This document shows, in pieces, positions 18,329 through 26,563 of a stretch of 32,000 nucleotides of DNA. The notes under the pieces were generated by a model. The model did no database searches. It worked only from the letters and a program-made list of their open reading frames with translations, and was not told the DNA's origin. Position numbers and translations under genes: made by a program. Source of the DNA: Alkalilimnicola ehrlichii MLHE-1 (lineage in GTDB: Bacteria > Pseudomonadota > Gammaproteobacteria > Nitrococcales > Halorhodospiraceae); contig NC_008340.1 in the NCBI RefSeq assembly GCF_000014785.1, forward strand, positions 90,001-122,000. The letters are read 5' to 3'. Within the stretch, counting starts at the first letter, position 1. Every line of letters begins with the position of its first letter.

Positions 18329-19117
18329 TCAGGTGGAGAAGTGCGCCATTAGCTTCCGTGGCAGGGATTGCACGAAGGCGTCGTCCACCCGCCCTGACAG
18401 GTAATCCAAGGGCACCTGTTTGCCTTTACTCTGGCAGTAGCGGATCACTTCTGTTGCCACTGCCCGCACGGCCAATACGTCCTCATCTCCGCGCCGTGCC
18501 TGTCCTCCGAAATAGGCTACAAGGAAGTCATAGCGACGGTCTGTGGTGAAGGGCAGAATCTGGCGCCAGAGGTCGTAAAGATCGGAGCGGTACAACAGGC
18601 CGGCGCGAAACGCGCGGTGTAGCCGCCGAAACCAAAAGAGCGCCTCGTGCAGTGTGGCGCTATCGACCAGCACCCCGTCCTCCGATACGGCCACATGCCG
18701 CTTGCCTCGGCTCCAGTCATACCGAATGGTGTCAGGGGCCAGCCAACATACCTCCCGGGTCATCGCCACCACGAAACTGTATGCCCGGTTGCCATGGAAG
18801 CGTTCCCGTCCTTCGGGAAACCAGACGCTGGCCTCGCTTGATATCCGGCTGTGGTCGGCCTCCAGGTCATGGAGCAGCCGCTGGCGTTCGATCTCCCTTG
18901 TCACCTGCGCCGACTTGGCCTGGTGGCGGCTGACCAGCGCATAAGCCACCACTGCCACCACCAGCCCGCCGGCGACAGATAAAAGGATATTGGTTACGAA
19001 AAGGCTGACCTGAACCGAGATCTCGGAGAGGGTGCCTGGGTCCAGTTCCTGGTAAACCTCCTCGGAGATCGCGTCCATCACGATCCGCTCTACGTACTGG
19101 CGTATCCACTCGCGCAT
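18329..19117 (-). CDS. hypothetical membrane-anchored protein
   Basis: 262 aa with one clear TM segment 'LFVTNILLSVAGGLVVAVVAYALVS' followed by a soluble domain. Family not recognised. Confidence 0.7.
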   Translation of the reverse strand: MREWIRQYVERIVMDAISEEVYQELDPGTLSEISVQVSLFVTNILLSVAGGLVVAVVAYALVSRHQAKSAQVTREIERQRLLHDLEADHSRISSEASVWFPEGRERFHGNRAYSFVVAMTREVCWLAPDTIRYDWSRGKRHVAVSEDGVLVDSATLHEALFWFRRLHRAFRAGLLYRSDLYDLWRQILPFTTDRRYDFLVAYFGGQARRGDEDVLAVRAVATEVIRYCQSKGKQVPLDYLSGRVDDAFVQSLPRKLMAHFST

Positions 19118-19154
19118 GAGGCGCCCCTCGGTAGATGCTCATCATGAAAAACGT

Positions 19155-20594
19155 CTAACGCCGGCCGTAGGTGTCCTCGAAGCGGACGATGTCGTCTTCC
19201 TGCAGATAGGGCCCGGTCTGGATCTCGATGATCTGCAGCGGGATTCGGCCCGGGTTCTCCAGCCGGTGCGGGCGGGTCTTGGGGATGTAGGTGGACTGGT
19301 TCTCCTCCAGGTAGATGGTCTCCTCGCCGTTGACGATGCGCGCGGTGCCGGCGATGACCACCCAGTGCTCGGAGCGGTGGTAGTGCATCTGCAGTGACAG
19401 CTGCCCGCCGGGTTTCACCACGATGCGCTTGATCTTGTACCGGTGGCCCTCCTCCAGGGTGGTGTAGCTGCCCCAGGGGCGGGCCACGGTGAGGTGGGTC
19501 TCGGTGAGCTCGCGGTGCTCCTCGCGCACCCGCGCGACCATCTGCTTGAGCTCGGCCAGTCGGCTGCGCGGGCAGACCAGGGTGGCGTCCCGGGTCTGCA
19601 CCAGGGCCAGATCCTCAACCCCGTAGGCGGCGATCAGGCCGCTGTCGTCGCTCCAGAGCAGGTTGTTGCGGCTGTCCTCGGCCAGTACCGTGCCCTGACA
19701 GACGTTGCCGTCCGGGTCCTTGCTGCGTTGCTGATAAAGCGCCTCCCAACTGCCCAGGTCATTCCAGCCCAGCTCCGCCGGCACCACCGCCACCCGGTCG
19801 GCGTGCTCCACCAGCCCGTAGTCGATAGAGGTGTTGGGCAGTTCGGCGTAGGCCTCGGCGGTGGGGGGCGCCCCGGCGGCGGCCATGGCGGTGACCGCCT
19901 CGGCCAGGGCCGGCTGGTGGCGGGCCAGCAGATCCATGAACCGGTCCGCGCGGAAGACGAACATGCCGCCGTTCCAGTAGTAGCCCCCCTCCTCCAAGAA
20001 GCGCTCGGCCGTGGCCCGGTCCGGCTTTTCCACGAAGCGGCTGACCTCTTCCACGCCCTCCATCAGCGGGCGGGCGGCCTGGATGTAGCCGTAACCGGTG
20101 GCCGGCTCGGTGGGGCGGATGCCGAACAGCACCAAGTGGCCCGCTTCGGCGGCGGGTTCCGCCGCCCGCCAGGCGCGGTGGAAGTCCTCGACCCGGTTGA
20201 TGACATGGTCCGATGAGAACACCCCCACCACGGCCTCCGGGTCGTGCCGCACGATAGCCGCCACCGCCCAGGCGATGGCGGGCAGGGTGTTGCGCCCGGC
20301 GGGCTCCGCGAGCACCTGATCTGCCAGTGCCGGGGCCACGGCGTGCAACTGGCCCATGACCTCGAAACGATGGTCCTGGTGGGTCACGGTGGTCACCCGG
20401 TCCGCGCTCACCAGGGGCAGCAGACGGCGGGCGGTCTGCTGGAGCAGCGACTCGTCGCCGTCCAGCGCCAGCAACTGCTTGGGCATGGTGCTGCGCGAGA
20501 GCGGCCAGAGCCGGGTGCCGGAGCCGCCGGCGAGGATGATGGCGTGGCGGTGGACCGGCGGTTGGTCGTCGGCGGGGCTGTGCAGCGTGTTCAT
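19155..20594 (-). CDS. manC: mannose-1-phosphate guanylyltransferase / mannose-6-phosphate isomerase
   Basis: 479 aa from ATG 20594. 'HAIILAGGSGTRLWPLSRSTMPKQLLAL', 'FVEKPDRATAERFLEEGGYYWNGGMFVF', and C-terminal cupin 'LSLQMHYHRSEHWVVIAGTARI'. Confidence 0.96.
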   Translation of the reverse strand: MNTLHSPADDQPPVHRHAIILAGGSGTRLWPLSRSTMPKQLLALDGDESLLQQTARRLLPLVSADRVTTVTHQDHRFEVMGQLHAVAPALADQVLAEPAGRNTLPAIAWAVAAIVRHDPEAVVGVFSSDHVINRVEDFHRAWRAAEPAAEAGHLVLFGIRPTEPATGYGYIQAARPLMEGVEEVSRFVEKPDRATAERFLEEGGYYWNGGMFVFRADRFMDLLARHQPALAEAVTAMAAAGAPPTAEAYAELPNTSIDYGLVEHADRVAVVPAELGWNDLGSWEALYQQRSKDPDGNVCQGTVLAEDSRNNLLWSDDSGLIAAYGVEDLALVQTRDATLVCPRSRLAELKQMVARVREEHRELTETHLTVARPWGSYTTLEEGHRYKIKRIVVKPGGQLSLQMHYHRSEHWVVIAGTARIVNGEETIYLEENQSTYIPKTRPHRLENPGRIPLQIIEIQTGPYLQEDDIVRFEDTYGRR

Positions 20595-20647
20595 GGGCTC
20601 CAGGTCCTCAGGGCATCGGCCGGTTTGATCCGGTGCGTCCGGCGGCG

Positions 20648-21748
20648 CTAGGCGTGGGCCTCGGGGGCCGCCATTCGTCTCTTGATGGCCTTGCGGGTGA
20701 GGTGGGGTACCAGCAGGCGCAAGGGCATGCGCAGGTAGTGCGACCTTACGTAAAGTATCCATCGGCAGGTCGGGGAAAGCCAATCGTCGCATTGCCAATG
20801 GTGGGGCGCGAGGCCGCGCCGGAACAGCCCGTCCATGAGCGGGCGCAGTGGCACGCCCGGGCCGGCTGCGGCGAGCCCCTCGTTGACGGTCGCCGGCACC
20901 GGGGTGTTCAGAAAGTGGGCCGCATACCGCAGGCCGTAGAACAGCGGGCGCGCCAGGTCCATCTCATGGGCCCGGTCCACCAGCGCGGGCCAGAAGCCGT
21001 CGACGTGGCGGTGGAAATGGCGGACCAGGTCATCCAGATCGACCAGATCCCGCAGGCCGTTCTCCAACTCGCCGTCGTGGAAGAGGTGGGTCGCGCTGTG
21101 CAGCACCATGTCGGTGGGGGCCAGCACATAGAGGTTTTGCCAGCCCGGGAGCGGCGTGGCGGCGGCGAATAGCTTGTCCGGGTCCGGGTGCAATCTCGCC
21201 GTCGGCGGCAGGACGGTGTGGTGGACGTCCAGCACGCTCTTTCGCCGGATGTGGGTCAGCGGGGGCAGTTCATGCATCCAGCGCCGGTAGTAGGTCTGGT
21301 CGTATTCGTCGTGGCCCTGCGCCAGCCAGCCGCGGGTGAACAGGACGTGTTCGGTGGTCGCCAGTGCCGGGCGTGGGACCATGATGTCCAGGTCCGCGAA
21401 CAGCCGGCCGCGGGCGCTGGGCAGGCCGGCCATCAGGTAGGCCGCCCCCTTGAGAATCACCACCGGCGCCTTGCGCGCGGCCAGCGCCTCATGGACCTGT
21501 TCCACCTCCCAGCGCATCCGGTGGTGTTGTTCGGCGGCTACCCGGCCCGCCGCCTCCAGGTGGCGCCGCGGTCGGGCGGGCACCCGGTCGAACAGATCCC
21601 GCTCCTGTAACAGCGCGTGCAGGCGTGCCTCCAGTGAGGCGACCCGGGCCACCCGCAGCAGGGCGTCCCAATCGCCCAGGCGCAGTTCGCCGACGGAGGC
21701 GGGGTCGGTCAGTGCGGTCAGCAGGTGCTCCAGCGGGCGCGGCATCAT
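20648..21748 (-). CDS. nucleotidyltransferase-family protein (NTP_transf_5-like), part of an HPr-rel-A type cassette
   Basis: 366 aa: 'KAPVVILKGAAYLMAGLPSARGRLFADLDIMVPRPALATTEHVLFTRGW', 'LTHIRRKSVLDVHHTVLPPT'. The ATG overlaps the stop of the next gene upstream. Confidence 0.85.
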   Translation of the reverse strand: MMPRPLEHLLTALTDPASVGELRLGDWDALLRVARVASLEARLHALLQERDLFDRVPARPRRHLEAAGRVAAEQHHRMRWEVEQVHEALAARKAPVVILKGAAYLMAGLPSARGRLFADLDIMVPRPALATTEHVLFTRGWLAQGHDEYDQTYYRRWMHELPPLTHIRRKSVLDVHHTVLPPTARLHPDPDKLFAAATPLPGWQNLYVLAPTDMVLHSATHLFHDGELENGLRDLVDLDDLVRHFHRHVDGFWPALVDRAHEMDLARPLFYGLRYAAHFLNTPVPATVNEGLAAAGPGVPLRPLMDGLFRRGLAPHHWQCDDWLSPTCRWILYVRSHYLRMPLRLLVPHLTRKAIKRRMAAPEAHA

Positions 21749-22650
21749 GGGGCGTCCGTCAACGCGGTCAGGGCGTGCAGGCTCCGGTCCAGATCAGCGT
21801 AGTCCAACTCGAAGCAGGCGCAGCGGTCGATCAGGTCCGCGGCCGCCTCGAAGCCCTGGCCGCCCAGCACGCTGTAGTTGAAGGCCGCGTCGGCCAGGGT
21901 GAGCAGTGAATGGGCCTTGGGCATCGGCCTCAGGGCGTCCTTGCCCTCCGGTGCGAACCGCGGAAAGACCAGCCAGGCCGGCTGGGCGGGGACCTGGCTG
22001 CGGGCGATGCTCTCCTCCGGGGGCTTCAGGTGGGCCACCGTCCCTTTGGTCGTGTCGTGGGTGGACCGGCCCAGCACCGCCTGCGGAAAGCGTTCGCGTA
22101 TCAGTGGGATGGCCTGGTTCTTCAGGCTGACCGGGCGTGGCAGGGGGCTGAGCATGCCGTCCTCCAGGGACAGGAGGGCAAACTCGTCCGACAGCAGCCG
22201 CCAGCCCGACAGCGCCAGTGCGGCGGCCAGCGTGCTCTTGCCCGCCCCCGGGGCGCCCGGGAGGATCAGCGCCCGGTCGTCCCGGGCGACGACAGCGGCG
22301 TGGATCATCAGGTAGTGGTGGCCGTGCTGGGCGATGCACCAATTCAGGCCCCATTCGAACAGCGGAAAGGCCTGGGCGAGGGGCAGCGGCTTGAAGGGGG
22401 AGCTGCCGTCCAGATAAAAGCGGGCCTGGGGCCGCCAGACGCCGCGCACCCCCGGGGCCCGGTCCAGGCGCACGTGAAAGTCGCAAAAGGGCGTGTCCGC
22501 CGGCAGGAGCTGCTCCGCATAGTGCAGCCCGATACTCTCGGCCATGGCCGGCAGCCGGGAACGCAGTCGCACGATAAAGGGGCCGATCTCCAGGGCCGCG
22601 CCCTGCGCGCGCAGCATATGGGGCAGATCGGGGGCAACGGCACCGGGCAC
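21745..22650 (-). CDS. HprK-related kinase (HPr-rel-A type)
   Basis: 301 aa with HPr-kinase-like P-loop context 'HYLMIHAAVVARDDRALILPGAPGAGKSTLAAALALSGWRLLSDEFALLSLEDG'. Neighbours match the known cassette arrangement. Confidence 0.88.
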   Translation of the reverse strand: MPGAVAPDLPHMLRAQGAALEIGPFIVRLRSRLPAMAESIGLHYAEQLLPADTPFCDFHVRLDRAPGVRGVWRPQARFYLDGSSPFKPLPLAQAFPLFEWGLNWCIAQHGHHYLMIHAAVVARDDRALILPGAPGAGKSTLAAALALSGWRLLSDEFALLSLEDGMLSPLPRPVSLKNQAIPLIRERFPQAVLGRSTHDTTKGTVAHLKPPEESIARSQVPAQPAWLVFPRFAPEGKDALRPMPKAHSLLTLADAAFNYSVLGGQGFEAAADLIDRCACFELDYADLDRSLHALTALTDAP

Positions 22651-22653
22651 GGG

Positions 22654-22965
22654 TTATTTCCGCTCCTTCACCAACTGCCGGCGGCGCAGCTCGGCGAGAA
22701 GCTGCTCGGTAAAGGCCTCCGCATCGGCCACGTCCTGGCCCCAGTCCCGGTCACATTTCTCGATGAGTTCCATCTCTGTCCTCGGTGCCTGGTGCAGCCA
22801 TTGGAAGAGCGCGCCCGCCGCCCCCTCCAGCAAGTGGGTCTCGCCGGAGCGGTGGTCGTAGACCACCCAACGTTGTTCCCATTGACGGATGTGTGCCGCC
22901 GGCAGGGTAGCGGCCTGCCAACAGCGTTGGGTCGTTGCAGGGTTGGGGTCAGGGGCTGATGCCAC
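22654..22965 (-). CDS. PqqD-like protein (RRE / peptide-chaperone type) of an HPr-rel-A system
   Basis: 103 aa: 'WVVYDHRSGETHLLEGAAGALFQWLHQAPRTEMELIEKC...FTEQLLAELRRRQLV', the typical PqqD fold pattern, between the kinase and the Cys-rich protein gene. Confidence 0.82.
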   Translation of the reverse strand: MASAPDPNPATTQRCWQAATLPAAHIRQWEQRWVVYDHRSGETHLLEGAAGALFQWLHQAPRTEMELIEKCDRDWGQDVADAEAFTEQLLAELRRRQLVKERK

Positions 22966-22987
22966 TCCGTTGCCTCACGCCAAGTCG

Positions 22988-23005
22988 CCCCGCTGAACAG
23001 CGGGG
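22988..23005. terminator. short GC-rich hairpin between the Cys-rich protein gene and the PqqD-like gene
   Basis: ccccgctg-aa-cagcgggg perfect inverted repeat in the 84-bp intergenic gap, without a U-tract. Confidence 0.35.
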
Positions 23006-23049
23006 CTACGGTTGGATCGGTGCGTCAATCTGGCCGTGGCCGGGGGACC

Positions 23050-23814
23050 TCAATCGTCCTCTCCGTCCGGGTCACTCTCATCGTAGTACGATTGCGACGT
23101 CTGTACCGGAATGCACTGGCCCAGCTCGTTCTTGGTGTAGCCATCCTCGCAGTCACCCCAACGATCGATGGGGCAGCCGCGGTTGTTCATGTTGTCGAAG
23201 ACATCCTTGACCAGCTCCGGATCGGTATCCGCATCCTCGCGGGCCATGTAATAGGCTTCCTTGACGTCCTCGACCGTGGCCCCGTAATCGACCGAATTGC
23301 AGGCGGCATTCAACAGGGCTCCGACGGCGTGCCAGTCCAGCGAACCCTTGCAGCCTCCTTGGCCTCCGCTTTGCAGCACCTCCATCAGGGTGGCATAGGA
23401 GGGGGCGCAGGTGGGCCCGGTATGGAAGACGTCCGAGAAGCGGGTGCCGGCGCCAAAGGCATCCCAGACGGCGCAGGTGCCGTCCTCGTTCCGCTCGATG
23501 CACTGCCCGGGGTCGTAGCCGGTGCAACCCCACGCCTCGGTGTTGTTCTTCCAGAACCCCGGTGTGCAGCCCTGGCCGGTGGTGCATTCGTGGTCGATGT
23601 TGGAGACATTGGCGGAGAAGATCTCGCCGGACAGCGAGCACCGGCCCTGCGAGCCCCAGACGGGCCGGGCGGACAGAGAGAGGACCAGCGGCGCGGCCAG
23701 GCCGGCCTGGGTCAAGCGCCGGCGCGCCTTGTTCGGACGCTCGCCGGCGCAACCGCATCCCGCCTTGGGCGGGCCCTGGTCCTGGTTGGTGGAATCGTCC
23801 TTCCGCTTGCCCAT
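23050..23814 (-). CDS. exported Cys-rich protein of unknown function with a CTPGFWKNN motif and Tat-like N-terminus
   Basis: 254 aa: 'NKARRRLTQAGLAAPLVLSLSARPVWG' (twin-Arg-like signal), 'CTTGQGCTPGFWKNNTEAWGC', 12 Cys after the signal, acidic C-terminus 'SYYDESDPDGEDD'. First gene of the codirectional set. Confidence 0.85.
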   Translation of the reverse strand: MGKRKDDSTNQDQGPPKAGCGCAGERPNKARRRLTQAGLAAPLVLSLSARPVWGSQGRCSLSGEIFSANVSNIDHECTTGQGCTPGFWKNNTEAWGCTGYDPGQCIERNEDGTCAVWDAFGAGTRFSDVFHTGPTCAPSYATLMEVLQSGGQGGCKGSLDWHAVGALLNAACNSVDYGATVEDVKEAYYMAREDADTDPELVKDVFDNMNNRGCPIDRWGDCEDGYTKNELGQCIPVQTSQSYYDESDPDGEDD

Positions 23815-23939
23815 TGCTGTCTAACTCCGCGCAATACACGCTGTCTTTAAGCCACCGGAGGCGCCCCGGATGTCGCGGGTGCGCGATTCGGGTAAGGCGG
23901 TTGTGGCTGACACCCGCATCCCATTGTGTACTATCTCTT

Positions 23940-23954
23940 GCAAAATCCGCGCCA
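23940..23954 (-). promoter_or_regulatory. putative sigma-54 -24/-12 promoter for the Cys-rich protein / HPr-rel-A operon
   Basis: Minus strand reads TGGCGCGGATTTTGC, one mismatch to TGGCACGNNNNTTGC with exact spacing. It lies ~125 nt upstream of ATG 23814. Confidence 0.7.
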
Positions 23955-24144
23955 AACATGCGCGATTAGCTAACCGGTTGAGCCACAGCCTAAAGTTCTC
24001 CCGATGCCCCGGGTCTCATCCCTGGAGCCGCCGGGGTTGTAAAGCCCGCTGACAGCTGCCGGGGTGGAGGCGAGGACTCCTTATCTGGCCACTAGCGCCA
24101 GTATAGGTGCTTTGCGCCAGGTGTTGTCCAGATTTACTAATGCC

Positions 24145-24888
24145 CTATTCATTGAGGGGACGGTGCGCGCGCAGGATAAAGGAGTGGCTCAAGCGCGCAC
24201 CCACCGTCGGGATCTTTTCCATCACCCGCCGGGTGCCGGTCCATTCAGCGACCCCCTGCAGCGGTGCCAGCCGCCCTGGCAGCAGCGGCAGCCAGTGCAG
24301 GTGCAGGGGCTCCAGACCCGCCACCCGGGCGGCTTCAAGGAACTCATCGGGGCGGTCGTAGCGCAGATGCGGCGGTGCCCCCGCTCGTTGCCGGCGGTAC
24401 TCGCGCCAGGCCGTGGGCAGGCAGCGGGCATTGAGGGCGTCGACCCATACCTCGCCGCCGGGTTTCAGCACCCGGTGCATCTCGGCCAGGGCCTCATCCG
24501 GGCGGGCCAGTGCCTGCATCACGCCAAAACAGAGCACGCCATCGGCCACGCCATCGGCCAACGGCAGTTGGCGGATGTTCGCCGCCAGCCAGGGGATACC
24601 CGCCGGGCTGCGCGCCCGGGCCTTGTGTAGGGAGGGGGCCGAGTAGTCCAGTCCCGCCACTTGGTGGCCCTCGGCGTGCAACAACCGGGTGTAGGTCCCT
24701 GCGCCACAGCCGATATCCAGCCAGCGTCCGGGGGCGCGCGCGCTCATCGACCAGAGGGTGCGGAACTGGCGCACCCGCCCGGCGAGCCCGGTCGGCGTCC
24801 AGCCGGCAATACCGGCGTCGTCGTCCAATTGCGCACCCCGCTGTGCGAAGCGGCGGCGCCAACGCTGTTCAAAACTGGAATCGCGCAA
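24145..24888 (-). CDS. SAM-dependent class I methyltransferase
   Basis: 'GRWLDIGCGAGTYTRLLHAEGHQVAGLDYSAPSL', 'LPLADGVADGVLCFGVMQAL' and 'EMHRVLKPGGEVWVDAL'. Confidence 0.9.
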   Translation of the reverse strand: MRDSSFEQRWRRRFAQRGAQLDDDAGIAGWTPTGLAGRVRQFRTLWSMSARAPGRWLDIGCGAGTYTRLLHAEGHQVAGLDYSAPSLHKARARSPAGIPWLAANIRQLPLADGVADGVLCFGVMQALARPDEALAEMHRVLKPGGEVWVDALNARCLPTAWREYRRQRAGAPPHLRYDRPDEFLEAARVAGLEPLHLHWLPLLPGRLAPLQGVAEWTGTRRVMEKIPTVGARLSHSFILRAHRPLNE

Positions 24889-25180
24889 GATCTCGGGGGT
24901 CCCTGCTGCCGGATGACGATGGGGTGTAGGTGAACTTTACAGTCTGTACAGTCTGTGCCGGCGCACGTTGCCTGCCCGCCGCACATCGGCCGCTAACAGC
25001 ATAAACCACTGGCCTGTCTTTGCCGTGTCTGGGGGGCTGCCGCCCGTGTTCCCCCTCCGCTGCTGGCCAGGCGCCGATCATGAACAATACTGCGAGCATC
25101 CACCACAACCTGATGGAGGCAGTGCCGTGCCGGGGTATTGGCATGAAGGGGGATGTTATGGGCGGCTGCGTATCAGCTTG

Positions 25181-26563
25181 ATGGCCGCCTGCTGGCTGAT
25201 AGCCCTGCTGGCGCCGGTCGGCCCCGCGCTTGCCGGCGCGGCGGTGACCGTGGACAGTGCCGCGGACCTGCGCCAGACCCTGGCGCAGGTGGAGCCCGTC
25301 CGTGTGCTCCAGGCTCATCCGTCCAATTACCGGGAAGTGGTGCGCCGCCTCGGGCCGGGGGACCACCTGCGATTGGCCGCTGGGGCGTACCCCCGTTCCC
25401 TGAGGTTGGATGGTGTCCAGGGGACCGCTGAACGGCCGATTATCATCTCCGGCCCCAGCAAGGGCCCGCCTGCCCTCTTCAAGGGCCGGCGGGGGGCCAA
25501 TACTCTAAGCCTGGGCACCACCGCCCACATCGTCCTGCGGCACCTGACCCTTGATGGCGGCCGCGAGAACATCGCAGCGGTCACCCTGGAGGCAGAGGCC
25601 GACTACAGCCACGACATCACCCTCGAACACCTGACCATCCGCAACTACGACGGTGCCCAGGGCAACAGCGGCATTACCACCCGCGCCCCGGCCTGGAACT
25701 GGACCATCCGCCACAACGATATCCGTCGGGTGGGGACGGGAATGTACCTGGGTCAACCCGACGGTTCCGCGCCCTTCATCGGCGGGCTGATTGAGAATAA
25801 CGTGGTGGCGGAGACGCTGGGCTATAGCATCCAGATCAAGCACCAGAACCGGCGGGACCTGCTGCCCCCCATGCCGGACGAACCCCGCCGGACCGTGCTC
25901 CGGTACAACCTGCTCAGCAAGGCCGAGGGTGGCAGCAGCGAGCGCGCCCGGCCCAACCTGCTGCTGGGGCACTTCCCGCCGGAGGGCGCCGGCCAGCACG
26001 ACCGCTACCTGGTCTACGGCAACCTCTTCCACGAAAACCCGCATGAGCGCCTGTTCCAGGGCGAGGGCAATCTCTTCCTGTACAACAATCTGTTCATCAA
26101 CCACGGCGGTGATGGTCTGATCGTGCTCCGGCACAACCACGTGCCCAAGGAGGTGCAGATCCTGAACAACACCGTGCTGGCCCGCGGGGTGGGCGTGCGG
26201 ATCGATGCCCCGGACCGGGATTACCAGCAGGTGGTGGCCGGTAATGCGGTGTTCGCGGAACAGCCGCTGGCAATGGCCCGGGGCGTGCGGGAGGCGGTCA
26301 ATCTGACGGCGCCCTTTGAGCGGGCGGCGGAGCGGCTCGCCCGGCCCCATGGTGAGGGCTGGGACCTGGACCTGTACCCCCAGCGGGGCGCGCTGCGCCG
26401 CGATGACCCCCTGCCGGTCTCGGGGGCGGATCTGCCGGGCTTTGAGCGGGACTACAACGGCAGGCCGCGCGAGCACGAGACCTACGGGGCCTACGATGGC
26501 GGCGCCGAGGGCAACCCGGGCCGGGCGGCTGGTGTGGGCCCGGGGGCCGGGCCGCTGCATTGA
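25181..26563 (+). CDS. exported right-handed parallel beta-helix protein (polysaccharide-processing candidate)
   Basis: Signal-like 'MAACWLIALLAPVGPALAGA' and repeated beta-helix pattern ('DITLEHLTIRNYDGAQGNSGI', 'NWTIRHNDIRRVGTGMYLG', 'NLFLYNNLFINHGGDGLIV', 'VQILNNTVLARGVGV'). The ORF is open from 24968; start chosen at ATG 25181. Confidence 0.82.
   Translation: MAACWLIALLAPVGPALAGAAVTVDSAADLRQTLAQVEPVRVLQAHPSNYREVVRRLGPGDHLRLAAGAYPRSLRLDGVQGTAERPIIISGPSKGPPALFKGRRGANTLSLGTTAHIVLRHLTLDGGRENIAAVTLEAEADYSHDITLEHLTIRNYDGAQGNSGITTRAPAWNWTIRHNDIRRVGTGMYLGQPDGSAPFIGGLIENNVVAETLGYSIQIKHQNRRDLLPPMPDEPRRTVLRYNLLSKAEGGSSERARPNLLLGHFPPEGAGQHDRYLVYGNLFHENPHERLFQGEGNLFLYNNLFINHGGDGLIVLRHNHVPKEVQILNNTVLARGVGVRIDAPDRDYQQVVAGNAVFAEQPLAMARGVREAVNLTAPFERAAERLARPHGEGWDLDLYPQRGALRRDDPLPVSGADLPGFERDYNGRPREHETYGAYDGGAEGNPGRAAGVGPGAGPLH

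Noticed and set aside
23153-23959. 268-aa minus-strand ORF overlapping the Cys-rich protein gene
   Set aside because: It is in another frame, rich in Arg/Pro/His. The 254-aa frame has a signal peptide, ordered Cys spacing and normal composition.
24957-24974. Possible sigma-54 site gccggcgcacgttgcc upstream of the beta-helix gene
   Set aside because: GG and GC are separated by 8 nt rather than the required 10, so the spacing is wrong.
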